Assembly: GCF_000092465.1 (NCBI RefSeq) | Contig: NC_014205.1 | Location: forward strand, 270,001 to 302,000 | Length of the DNA: 32,000 nucleotides | Direction: 5' to 3' | DNA from: Staphylothermus hellenicus DSM 12710 | GTDB taxonomy: Archaea > Thermoproteota > Thermoprotei_A > Sulfolobales > Desulfurococcaceae | Shown here: positions 15,354 through 23,787 of the stretch, in pieces | Layout: each line of letters begins with the position of its first letter | Numbering within the stretch: position 1 is the stretch's first letter | The notes under the pieces: model-generated | What the model saw: the letters and a program-made list of their open reading frames with translations, nothing else | Database searches by the model: none | Told to the model about the DNA's origin: nothing | Program-made: the position numbers and the translations under genes

Positions 15354-15662
15354 TTATTTCTCTTCCTCGCCTTCTATAATCTCTAGTTTTTCCCATGCCT
15401 TATTCCTTCTAGCAAACCCGATATAGATATTTATTATTCTTAGGCTCTGCTTTATTTCCTCGTCGAATCTGCATTCACTATTTATTCTTGTCCCATTAAA
15501 TAGTTCCACAACTATTTTCTTAAACCTCTCCTTTTCACAGTTCTCAGTCCAAGCCTTTACCGCGAATCCATTCATAGCTAGTGCTTCGAGAACTCTAGGT
15601 GGGCAATCATGTCTGCACACTATGTATTGTTCGATTGATTTATGGGTATCCGTGTTTTTCAC
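15354..15662 (-). CDS. hypothetical protein (102 aa, acidic C-terminus)
   Basis: Clean ORF, 7 nt downstream of the 114-aa ORF on the same strand. No family was recognised. Contains CRHDCPP plus two further Cys. Confidence 0.45.
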   Translation of the reverse strand: MKNTDTHKSIEQYIVCRHDCPPRVLEALAMNGFAVKAWTENCEKERFKKIVVELFNGTRINSECRFDEEIKQSLRIINIYIGFARRNKAWEKLEIIEGEEEK

Positions 15663-15669
15663 TATTAGA

Positions 15670-16014
15670 TCACCTTATTCTCTTAATGATTATACCTGCT
15701 TCTCCAGCCTTGGCCACAGTGTCTTTATCAATTACTGGGCCTGAACCATACAGTATAATTATGGGTTTTACTTTGTATTTATCAGCTATTTCTTTTGCTT
15801 TACTAATAATTTCTTCGCCTATCTTCTTCTTCTGCCACAGAACTATGCCGGCATATCTTACTCCATGCTTGGAAGCAGTGAAATCAACTCCTTTTAGTGG
15901 AGGGTTAATTGTTACATTGAATCCGGCAGCAACATATCTAGCAGCTACTTTTCCCACAACATTCTTTTTTCGAAGCAGTTTATTTATTATAAACATTCTA
16001 CGTGCAGTCGTCAT
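15670..16014 (-). CDS. hypothetical protein, possibly a restriction-endonuclease-like (Hjc-like) fold with non-canonical catalytic positions
   Basis: The strong SD-like GGAGAGGGGGAG lies upstream of the ATG. The layout GKVAARYVAAGFNV...GVDFTA...GIVLWQKK...KPIIILYG resembles the Hjc order (ERN..GF.V...PDIIA...IEMK) but lacks the first Glu and the ExK Glu. The fold assignment is tentative. Confidence 0.5.
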   Translation of the reverse strand: MTTARRMFIINKLLRKKNVVGKVAARYVAAGFNVTINPPLKGVDFTASKHGVRYAGIVLWQKKKIGEEIISKAKEIADKYKVKPIIILYGSGPVIDKDTVAKAGEAGIIIKRIR

Positions 16015-16157
16015 TGCTTTCTCCCCCTCTCCTACTTATTCTGGAAACATTGTTTTTCAATGTATTACTGTTTATATAGTATAATTGAGTCCTTGCCTTT
16101 TTAACTATATCCTCTACCATAAAGAAACTGGATACTTGGAAACGGGTGGTGGAATAA

Positions 16158-16796
16158 ATGTCTACACCCTGGTTTGGAAACAATCAACAGACGATAGGGG
16201 ATAAGATTAAGTCGTTGTTCAAAAATGATCGTGAACCCATAGAGAAAAAGGCAATAATTGCTCATTATCGTGTTAAAACAGCTTTAGGCAGGATCAATAG
16301 TTACCTATCAAAAATAGAGCAGAGAGATCGTGAGCTTTTCCAAAATGTAGTAGAATCACTAGTGAAGAGAGATGAGAGAAAAGCTAAGATGTATGCTAAA
16401 GAGGTATCTGAGCTTAGAAAAGTCGCTAAGCAATTAATAACGGTACAATATGCTTTAGAGCATGCATCACTTAAACTGGAAACATTCCTCGTATTTGGTG
16501 GGGCAATGAGGGAATTACAGCCGATAGTTAGTGTTATGAAGGAAGCTGTTGGAATTGTTCGCTCCTTAGCACCGGATGTATGGATCGATCTACAAGTGGC
16601 TCTGAGAGAATTAGAAACCTCAATGAATACAGGAGTAGCAGATATATCAGCCGAAATAGATGTTGGACTAGATAATGATGCTAGGAAGATATTCGAAGAA
16701 GCAAAGACAGTTGCAGAGCAGAAGCTTAAGGAGCATTATGCTGAATTACCAAAGATATTAACCGAAGCGGAGAAATCAGGCGAAGCTTCTCCATAA
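16158..16796 (+). CDS. cdvB: ESCRT-III (Snf7/CdvB family) protein
   Basis: The helical-hairpin pattern is typical of archaeal Snf7: RDRELFQNVVESLVKRDERKAKMYAKEVSELRKVAKQL...LEHASLKLETF, plus an acidic C-terminal tail. No winged-helix extension is evident, so this is a CdvB paralog. Confidence 0.8.
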   Translation: MSTPWFGNNQQTIGDKIKSLFKNDREPIEKKAIIAHYRVKTALGRINSYLSKIEQRDRELFQNVVESLVKRDERKAKMYAKEVSELRKVAKQLITVQYALEHASLKLETFLVFGGAMRELQPIVSVMKEAVGIVRSLAPDVWIDLQVALRELETSMNTGVADISAEIDVGLDNDARKIFEEAKTVAEQKLKEHYAELPKILTEAEKSGEASP

Positions 16797-16821
16797 AATT
16801 ATTCTTTAATAAATTAAAGAG

Positions 16822-16826
16822 TTTTT
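16822..16826. terminator. oligo-T/A tract between convergent genes
   Basis: A T5 run lies in the 48-nt gap between the cdvB paralog (+) and the 177-aa ORF (-). Confidence 0.25.
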
Positions 16827-16844
16827 ATAAATCTAAAACATATT

Positions 16845-17378
16845 CTACAACTTTAACCCTAGTCTTTTCTCCGCTACTGGTAGTAATTGATATTCTACTA
16901 TTCTTCCCAGGCTTCTCAGCAAATACTTTATCTCAGGCAGTTTCTTGGAAATATCCTCAGCACTTCTAAGGTCTACATTGATCTTCAAGGATAACTTGGT
17001 TAACTCCATAGTTGTAGGAGTAATTATTGCCCTAAAGTTCTTGGTTTTAACATATAGTTTTCCTTCACCTTTCTTGTAGGATATAGTTATCGTGTAGGGT
17101 TTGCTTCTAATCAATGTAAATGAATCCTTATAAGGTGCTAGGTAGAAGTATGTGCCGATGGACACGATTTTACCAGTATCTTTTTCCCCTATTCTATCAA
17201 TGGTTCCTCCCAAGATCGCATCAATAAAGCTTAGAATTTCATATATTCTACTGGCTACACTAACTATTCTGATCTTTAACTCAGTTGATCTCGACAGAAT
17301 TCTTTTATCTATTAGCTCCATCGCCGATCTAACCACGTTTCTAGCTTCTAATAATGTATCCTTAACCATGTTTTCCAC
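16845..17378 (-). CDS. hypothetical protein (177 aa)
   Basis: Clean ORF with a helical N-terminal half and a beta-rich C-terminal half by composition. No family was recognised. Confidence 0.5.
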   Translation of the reverse strand: MENMVKDTLLEARNVVRSAMELIDKRILSRSTELKIRIVSVASRIYEILSFIDAILGGTIDRIGEKDTGKIVSIGTYFYLAPYKDSFTLIRSKPYTITISYKKGEGKLYVKTKNFRAIITPTTMELTKLSLKINVDLRSAEDISKKLPEIKYLLRSLGRIVEYQLLPVAEKRLGLKL

Positions 17379-17428
17379 CTATTCCCCCCTTATTCTTCAT
17401 GGATTTACTCATATAATTCGTGAACTTA

Positions 17429-18496
17429 TTAAATATAGCTATCCCTGCTCCACAGCTTATATATTTCGTCAACAACATCTTCTATTATTCTTATTGTTTT
17501 TCCATTTTGGTTAACTATTAGTTCTCCTCCCCTGACATGTTCTGATATGTATCCTGCTATTGAGTACTTGTATCCTTTCTCTTTAAGCAAATCTTCAACT
17601 TGTCTAGTATTTTCTCCTGGAACTGAAGCTATTAATGCACCACTACTAAGGATTTTCAATGGGTCTAGTTCTAGTGTGGAAGTTATTTCTTTAACAATAG
17701 GGTCTAATACAACCTTATCTGCATCTAGAATTATTCTTGTATTGCTTGCTTTAGCTACTTCTCTTAGTCCCTGCAATAATCCGCCCTCGGTGGGATCGTG
17801 CATTGAATTAGCATAGTCTCTGATCAATAGTGCTTTATCAACAATACTGATATCTGTAAAGTATTCTTTCGCTGTAGCAATAATGTCTCTGCTTATACCT
17901 TTTCTCAACAATAAATCCTCGAAGTCCCAAGCTATAACACTAGCTCCCTCCCCTCCTACGCGTCCAATAACAAATATTTTATCTCCCGGCCGAGCATTTC
18001 TTGTTAAAACCACTTTATCCATGCTATAACCAATAGCTGTCATAGAAATAATGGGTCTGGGAATGCCTGGTGTGAATTCTGTGTGGCCGCCGATCACAGT
18101 TGCGTCGAGAGATTGAGCAGCTGAGCCTATATCTCTGAAAATACTTTCTATTTGTTCAAGCGAGTGTTTTGGAGGCATAAGTATTACTGGTAGAAGCCAT
18201 CGAGGCTTAGCTCCCCTAACAGCTATATCGTTTGCAGCTATATGTACCGCTAACCATCCAATCCTCCTAGTAGCAGCCGTTATTGGATCACTATGAACTA
18301 TGAGGAAGCCGTCTTTAAACCTAATAATAGCTGCATCTTCACCAATGCTTGGCCCAACAATTAAATCCGGATCTCTGATTGGAAACATTGATAAGAGTCC
18401 TGATAAAAATTCCCAAGATGGTTTACCGCCTTCGTAATAAGCTTTGTTTAGTTTCAAGCCTGTACCTCCCCTGCCTAATACAATCTTTACATACAT
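17429..18496 (-). CDS. AIR synthase-related protein (PurM/HypE/ThiL superfamily)
   Basis: GPSIGEDAAII, HSDPIT...LAVHIAANDIAVRGAKP and GGHTEF form the PurM-like N-domain pattern, followed by a C-domain. The track start overlaps the upstream Zn-finger ORF by 74 nt, so the start is uncertain (alternative Met at 18388). Confidence 0.75.
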   Translation of the reverse strand: MYVKIVLGRGGTGLKLNKAYYEGGKPSWEFLSGLLSMFPIRDPDLIVGPSIGEDAAIIRFKDGFLIVHSDPITAATRRIGWLAVHIAANDIAVRGAKPRWLLPVILMPPKHSLEQIESIFRDIGSAAQSLDATVIGGHTEFTPGIPRPIISMTAIGYSMDKVVLTRNARPGDKIFVIGRVGGEGASVIAWDFEDLLLRKGISRDIIATAKEYFTDISIVDKALLIRDYANSMHDPTEGGLLQGLREVAKASNTRIILDADKVVLDPIVKEITSTLELDPLKILSSGALIASVPGENTRQVEDLLKEKGYKYSIAGYISEHVRGGELIVNQNGKTIRIIEDVVDEIYKLWSRDSYI

Positions 18497-18731
18497 AGGA
18501 AACAGGTGTAACCTGTATTAAACAATCCTCGCATCCATTTCTACCACATACCATACAGTATCCTATGGATGGATATTTTCCACATATCTCACATAAGGTT
18601 TCACTGCAAACCTTACAAACACCCTTCTCGAAATCGAAATCATCTTCACAAACATGTCTTCCGCAAACCGGGCATTTATATTTAGCAGGCTTATGTTCGC
18701 AAATATCACAAACCCTCAAACAAAACACCAT
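18423..18731 (-). CDS. Cys-rich zinc-finger protein with internal duplication
   Basis: There are seven CxxC pairs. Two paralogous modules are present: CDICEHKPAKYKCPVCGRHVCEDD and CEICGKYPSIGYCMVCGRNGCEDC. Confidence 0.6.
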   Translation of the reverse strand: MVFCLRVCDICEHKPAKYKCPVCGRHVCEDDFDFEKGVCKVCSETLCEICGKYPSIGYCMVCGRNGCEDCLIQVTPVSYVCKDCIRQGRYRLETKQSLLRRR

Positions 18732-18807
18732 CTGAAATATATGTTATCATTGAAGAATGAATATAATATTATTATTAAATAAATTATTGTATAAAGCAGC
18801 TTATAAC

Positions 18808-18987
18808 ATGGCTTATCCGGGGCAAGTATTAGCTATGCTTTACAGGATTAAGATCGCTAGATGTATAGATGCTCTGGTAAAGATAGATTCCGAAAATGAG
18901 CTTGGCAGGATTCTTGAGGAGATCAGAAAACTTTGTCCTATTGATTCAAAGATGTACTTGCATATTGTCCGGGAAGAGAATTTATAG
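18808..18987 (+). CDS. small hypothetical protein (59 aa from Met 18808; track ORF starts at 18757)
   Basis: ORF only, with no recognised motif. It fits the gap between flanking genes. Confidence 0.3.
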   Translation: MAYPGQVLAMLYRIKIARCIDALVKIDSENELGRILEEIRKLCPIDSKMYLHIVREENL

Positions 18988-18990
18988 TAG

Positions 18991-19851
18991 TTATGGGGGT
19001 TCAACTCTATATGCTTTAACTATGTTGTCAATCATTGATTTATATACGTTTTCAACACTAATTACTCCCTCACTTAGTAGTTCCTTAATCCTCTTAGGAA
19101 TATCCCATGGATATGAAGAGACCCCGGGCCTTTTAGGGTCATCAATAAAATCTGATTCAACCAAAGCATGATTTCTTTCCTCGGATAATACCTTAGATAA
19201 TATTCTCTTCTTAGCAGGCACGGTGTACCAGTATCCATATTTCTCGCCCCAAACACTTGTATCATAGTCTACATGGTGCAGGAAAACTTTTTCACTCCCG
19301 ATCCCGGTTATCTTCCTTAATCTATCTATAGACTCAACAGTAACCCATCCACCTTGCTCGAGATGTAGATGCATAATCATATCGTAGTCTCTTGCATACT
19401 CCATTGCTTTGATAAGTATTAGTTCAGAAGCAACTATTCTGCTTGGAGCAGTACTATAGTGTTGTCTACCAACTTCTCCTATTCCATCAATAACTCCTTT
19501 CCTGTGATAATCAATTATCAGCTTAAATACTTCATCGGCGAATTCAACAATAGATTTTAAATCTCTTCCTCTACGAAAATGTTCATCTACTTCTGCGGGG
19601 TGAAAACCCGCTAATAACCTAACCTTTAAACCATAACTACGCATAATTTTTGCTTCATTTATTAATAATTCAATTGTCTTAGCATAGTTATCAAGTGTTA
19701 AATCATTGAATCTATAATAGTAAGGTGGTAGAGAAACTAATGCGATAAACCAGCCGCCACTATTTTTAAACTTTGGAGCTATTCTACGAGCTCCAAGACC
19801 ACTTATGGGATTCGTGTGAGAATGTGCATCGGCGAACAATAGCTTCTCCAT
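18991..19851 (-). CDS. TatD-related metal-dependent hydrolase
   Basis: N-terminal FADAHSHTNP (HxH), internal HLHLEQ and HHVDY His clusters and a late Asp (ESDFIDD) follow the TatD/amidohydrolase TIM-barrel pattern. Confidence 0.78.
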   Translation of the reverse strand: MEKLLFADAHSHTNPISGLGARRIAPKFKNSGGWFIALVSLPPYYYRFNDLTLDNYAKTIELLINEAKIMRSYGLKVRLLAGFHPAEVDEHFRRGRDLKSIVEFADEVFKLIIDYHRKGVIDGIGEVGRQHYSTAPSRIVASELILIKAMEYARDYDMIMHLHLEQGGWVTVESIDRLRKITGIGSEKVFLHHVDYDTSVWGEKYGYWYTVPAKKRILSKVLSEERNHALVESDFIDDPKRPGVSSYPWDIPKRIKELLSEGVISVENVYKSMIDNIVKAYRVEPP

Positions 19852-19870
19852 ACCATGTTCACCCTAGATA

Positions 19871-19930
19871 GTTTCAGCTAGTAGGGAGGACACAATCATA
19901 TATATTCATCGAGTAGAGGCTTCATCATCA
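19871..19930 (-). ncRNA. candidate C/D-box sRNA (weak), in the tatD upstream region
   Basis: The minus strand reads ATGATGA (19928-19922, C), the 12-nt spacer agcctctactcg, ATGA (19909-19906, D'-like), atatat, ATGATTG (19899-19893, degenerate C'), a 15-nt spacer and CTGA (19877-19874, D). Confidence 0.25.
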
Positions 19931-19997
19931 ATTAATCATTTATATAATTAGAGGTTTAAAGCTGTGATTATACATAGTTATTATTTGATGGTGTGGG

Positions 19998-20717
19998 ATG
20001 GCTGGGAGAAAAAAATATAAGGTATTAACTATAAGGGTGGATGAAGAAACTTACCGGAAACTATTGGTTAAAGCTGAAGAAGAAGGATACTCTATGATCA
20101 GCGATTATATATTAGCACTCATCAATCAAGCAGTAAGAGCTGAAACTACTCCTTCATATGATAAGCTCAAAACAAGGATTAAAAGATATGTGCAGGATGT
20201 TGTGAATGAACAATTAATGGTTGTAGAGAATTTGAAGAGACAAGTAATAGAATTATATGATAAAATCGATGGGTTGGAGAAAAGGATTAATGATATAGAT
20301 AAGAAAATACAGGAAATATCATCAAAAATAACTCGGCCAACACCTATACGGAGGGAGAGGCCTGTCAGGCAGCGTAAAACGGGAATTGAGAGGCTTAGGG
20401 AAGAGAAGGTATTATTTGAAAGCAGGCTTACAGGGCTGAGGTATAGAGATAAATTCTTTAGTTACCTGGAGAGAATGGGAGCTATAGTTATTCCTTTAAG
20501 AGGGGAGAGAGTAGCTGTTGATGCAGAGTTTTGGGAGAATTTTAAGAAGAAGCTATTCGAAGAAATAGATACTGATAACGAAGAAATAATCAAGGAAAAA
20601 CTAGATCCGTTGGAATACCAGTTGTTCCTCAGACTTAGAAGCGAGCCATTGATATTCTTTGATGCAAAAACTAAGAAATGGAAACCAATAAGTGAATCAA
20701 GGATTTTTTCACAGTAA
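19998..20717 (+). CDS. ribbon-helix-helix (CopG-like) N-terminal domain protein with a central coiled coil
   Basis: KVLTIRVDEETYRKLLVKAEEEGYSMISDYILALINQAV fits the RHH beta-alpha-alpha pattern. A heptad-like stretch VVENLKRQVIELYDKIDGLEKRINDIDKKIQEI follows. The C-terminal domain is unrecognised. Confidence 0.55.
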   Translation: MAGRKKYKVLTIRVDEETYRKLLVKAEEEGYSMISDYILALINQAVRAETTPSYDKLKTRIKRYVQDVVNEQLMVVENLKRQVIELYDKIDGLEKRINDIDKKIQEISSKITRPTPIRRERPVRQRKTGIERLREEKVLFESRLTGLRYRDKFFSYLERMGAIVIPLRGERVAVDAEFWENFKKKLFEEIDTDNEEIIKEKLDPLEYQLFLRLRSEPLIFFDAKTKKWKPISESRIFSQ

Positions 20718-20774
20718 TAAATTCTTAATCCACAAATCAATATACCTATGTTAACAAACAGCGTAAAACGCTGA

Positions 20775-21863
20775 GTGAGCGTGGAGTATATGGTGAAATC
20801 TAAGAGTATCTCTGAACTGCTAAAATATGTGGATATATTAGGGGATACTTCAGCAATAGTTGTAGGAGAAAGTTTTGCTATAGACGGTTTTGCTGAGAAG
20901 CCAGTTAGGGTAATATCTCATGCACACTATGATCATATTGTAGGATTAAAGGATAGCATATTATATTCTAAACAAATAGTCGCTACTCCTCCTACCCATG
21001 ATCTAATATTAACTCTGGGTTATGTTGGTGGAAGAGAACTTAGAATGCTTTATAAAAACAAGATGGTGAGGCTAAACTATTATGAAGAATATACTTATGG
21101 CGGGGAAAAACTCGTTCTTATCCCATCTCATCATATTATTGGTTCTGCGCAGGTTTTAATCGAGATAGGGGATCTTAGGATAGGATATACTGGAGATTTT
21201 AAGCTTGGAGAGAATACTAAGATCATGGATGGGTTAGACATATTGATTATTGAATCCACATATGGTGATCCATCGTATCGTAGACCCTTCAAGAATGAAG
21301 TGGAAGATCTCCTGGTTGATATTGTTCTAGACGGTTTAGAAATGTATGGTAAAGTAGTAATTTTTGGGTATCATGGAAAAATCCAGGAAGCAATGCAGAT
21401 TCTTCGAAGAAACGGCGTGAAAGAACCGTTCCTGATGCCTAAGAGAATATATGAAGTTACAAGGATCGCTGAGAAATATGGTTATGAAATAGGGGGATAC
21501 TATAATATGAGAAGCTTAAAGGGGAGAGAAATTCTTAAAAGTAACAGATACATCTTATTCGAACACTTCAACAAAGCAAACCATCGGCGTCTAGGAAATA
21601 ATACTTTATATATTGTTCTAAGCGGTTGGGAGTTCAACGGGCCTATTAAGAAAATAGATAGATATACATGGCTCGTAGCTTTAAGCGATCACGCCGATTT
21701 CGATGAATTAATAGAATATGTGGAAAAAGCTGAGCCCAGACTAGTTATTGTAGATGGTTCAAGACAAGGTAGTGCTGAAGCACTTGCAAATGAACTAAAT
21801 AAGCGAGGATGGAAATCACTGGTTCTCCCAGGCCCACGTGTTTTACCATCTTCTATTATTTAG
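20775..21863 (+). CDS. metallo-beta-lactamase fold nuclease, beta-CASP-like
   Basis: HAHYDH (the HxHxDH motif), YTGDFK, IIESTYGD and ALSDHADFDEL (the C-terminal His motif of beta-CASP enzymes). The start is either GTG 20775 or ATG 20790. Confidence 0.75.
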   Translation: MSVEYMVKSKSISELLKYVDILGDTSAIVVGESFAIDGFAEKPVRVISHAHYDHIVGLKDSILYSKQIVATPPTHDLILTLGYVGGRELRMLYKNKMVRLNYYEEYTYGGEKLVLIPSHHIIGSAQVLIEIGDLRIGYTGDFKLGENTKIMDGLDILIIESTYGDPSYRRPFKNEVEDLLVDIVLDGLEMYGKVVIFGYHGKIQEAMQILRRNGVKEPFLMPKRIYEVTRIAEKYGYEIGGYYNMRSLKGREILKSNRYILFEHFNKANHRRLGNNTLYIVLSGWEFNGPIKKIDRYTWLVALSDHADFDELIEYVEKAEPRLVIVDGSRQGSAEALANELNKRGWKSLVLPGPRVLPSSII

Positions 21864-21902
21864 GGTTACTAATAATATAGGAAATATTTAGATGTAATAT
21901 TT

Positions 21903-21959
21903 AGAGATGAAGAACGCCTGCGAACCTGATCCGTGATGACGAAGAGCCGTTCTGATCAT
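21903..21959 (+). ncRNA. C/D-box sRNA (2'-O-methylation guide)
   Basis: Textbook archaeal architecture: C box ATGAAGA (21907-21913), 12-nt guide acgcctgcgaac, D' CTGA (21926-21929), 3-nt loop, C' GTGATGA (21933-21939), 12-nt guide cgaagagccgtt and D CTGA (21952-21955). It is intergenic and GC-richer than its surroundings. Confidence 0.8.
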
Positions 21960-21975
21960 CTGATCAAATAGTTTT

Positions 21976-22662
21976 TTACATAATGCTGTAATCCTTCCAC
22001 TTCATCAATGTTCTAACTGCTAAAACAGTAATAGTGGCTGCAATAATTATGGTTGTATTTCTAACAATACTTGTTGGAGGCTCTATCACTGCTAGGGAAT
22101 TAATTATTTGTTCTGGCTTAATACTGAATAGATAACTAATAATGCTTAGATTGTATCTATACTTTGGATGCATGGGAGAAATTGTTTCTATACTTATTTG
22201 TAATTCTTTGTCCCCGCCAACGTATAGTCCTGTATTAGCTTCTCTATATTCTACACCATTATTTCCGGAGACAATATATGCTTCAATGATTTTACCATTA
22301 ACACTAATATATGTTTTATAATTGCTTTCAACTTTATCGAATAAGCTGAAAGAATTAAACCACTTAATAATTACTGTTTTCACGAATTCTTGAAATCTAT
22401 AAGATACAGAGTCAGGTATATTGTTAATAATGAAATTAGATGCTGAAATGCTTTCAACCTTATTGTTTTCTATTTTTAACGATATTACACATTGAAAAGA
22501 AACCATATCTAAAGGATTATCGCTACGTGCCCCATCAACTATAACGAGATATCTTATTTCACCAGTGATCGTCTGTAGATTGTTAAAAGATGAAACAATA
22601 CCAGAAATTAATGCTAAGGGTACCAAAAACAGCGTGCTTAGTAACAAAAAAGTGCTCTGCAA
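21976..22662 (-). CDS. hypothetical membrane/secreted protein (N-terminal signal/TM and C-terminal TM)
   Basis: Hydrophobic N-terminus (FLLLSTLFLVPLALISGIV) and C-terminal helix (TTIIIAATITVLAV). No family was recognised. Confidence 0.5.
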   Translation of the reverse strand: MQSTFLLLSTLFLVPLALISGIVSSFNNLQTITGEIRYLVIVDGARSDNPLDMVSFQCVISLKIENNKVESISASNFIINNIPDSVSYRFQEFVKTVIIKWFNSFSLFDKVESNYKTYISVNGKIIEAYIVSGNNGVEYREANTGLYVGGDKELQISIETISPMHPKYRYNLSIISYLFSIKPEQIINSLAVIEPPTSIVRNTTIIIAATITVLAVRTLMKWKDYSIM

Positions 22663-22663
22663 T

Positions 22664-23194
22664 TTACATGCTCTCCCTATACCTTTCTATAGCCTCTCTG
22701 ATCCTATTTAATGCATCTTCTCTGCTCTTCCAGCCTATAACCTTAACCCATTTACCTTTTTCAAGCTCTTTGTAGTGCTCGAAGAAATGAGCTATTCTCT
22801 CCTTGAAATTCTCAGGCAGATCATTTATGTCTTTAATATTTTCAAATCTCGGATCTATTTTTTCAACTGGCACAGCAACTATTTTAGCATCACGGCCTTT
22901 CTCATCCTCTGTCTCTAATACACCTATAGGTCGAGCCTTTATGATAACACCTGGATAGAGAGGCTCATATCCTAATACAAGAACATCCACGGGGTCCTCG
23001 TCTTCCTCGAGTGTTCCAGGGATAAATCCATAGTTGAACGGGTAATGCATTGATGTAAACAGTATTCTGTCAACGAATACTAGACTTGTTTCTTTATCAA
23101 TTTCGTACTTAATACTGCTACCCATGGGTATTTCTATAACTACATGTACCTCGTTGGGAGCATTTTTTCCTGGACCTATTTTATCATAGATCAT
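22664..23194 (-). CDS. ppa: inorganic pyrophosphatase (family I)
   Basis: [35 protein letters not shown] and the typical 176-aa size. Confidence 0.95.
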   Translation of the reverse strand: MIYDKIGPGKNAPNEVHVVIEIPMGSSIKYEIDKETSLVFVDRILFTSMHYPFNYGFIPGTLEEDEDPVDVLVLGYEPLYPGVIIKARPIGVLETEDEKGRDAKIVAVPVEKIDPRFENIKDINDLPENFKERIAHFFEHYKELEKGKWVKVIGWKSREDALNRIREAIERYRESM

Positions 23195-23306
23195 GGGGGA
23201 TCACCTTCTACTGATGGGTGATAAGTTTGTTTTCTATAATTGTATATTGAGTATGAGGCGATAAAAATAGTGATGGTATACTTTTTGAAAAACTATAGTA
23301 TCAGTG

Positions 23307-23738
23307 TTATGTGCTTGACAGTTTCAATATTATTGAGGAGGGGGCTCCTTCTTTATATACTACAACTATTTTAGCTTCTACCTCAACATTTGATAACGGC
23401 TCTAGTGATTTCCTAATGCTTTGCAGGCTTTGAATGGTCTTATTTATCCTATCAATTATTTCTTCCATAACAGTTGCTTCTTGTTGAGCGTCGGGGTTTA
23501 CATAGAGCTTAACATCTTTTAAATCTACAACTTTACCTTTACTAGTTTGTTCCTCACCGGTCAGATTCTTTAATAATTCTCTTAGTCTTCTCTCTTGTTC
23601 GCTTTTAGCACGTATATCTTCTAATCTTCTAAGGTAGTCGGCAAGTTGTTGTTTCAGCATATTTAATTCTTCATCTATACTTTTAATTAGATCTGCGAAT
23701 GAGGAAAATTCTCTAACTACAGCTGACAATTCAATCAC
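23307..23738 (-). CDS. hypothetical coiled-coil protein (143 aa)
   Basis: Heptad-rich helical sequence (LNMLKQQLADYLRRLEDIRAKSEQERRLRELL). It lies 49 nt downstream of sucD on the same strand. Confidence 0.5.
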   Translation of the reverse strand: MIELSAVVREFSSFADLIKSIDEELNMLKQQLADYLRRLEDIRAKSEQERRLRELLKNLTGEEQTSKGKVVDLKDVKLYVNPDAQQEATVMEEIIDRINKTIQSLQSIRKSLEPLSNVEVEAKIVVVYKEGAPSSIILKLSST

Positions 23739-23787
23739 CTGGAAAATATTTATGTTGATTAGAAAAATAAAGCTTATTATTCAGTAT

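Noticed and set aside
15599-16084. 161-aa plus-strand ORF
   Set aside because: It is antisense to two well-formed minus-strand ORFs, one of which has a strong SD. Its hydrophobic, low-complexity translation is typical of antisense reading of AT-rich genes.
20372-20770. Exact 10-mer GCGTAAAACG at 20372-20381 (inside the RHH gene) and 20761-20770 (just upstream of the nuclease gene)
   Set aside because: It is a single short repeat with no extended similarity or symmetry. It could be an operator for the RHH protein, but chance cannot be excluded without comparative data.
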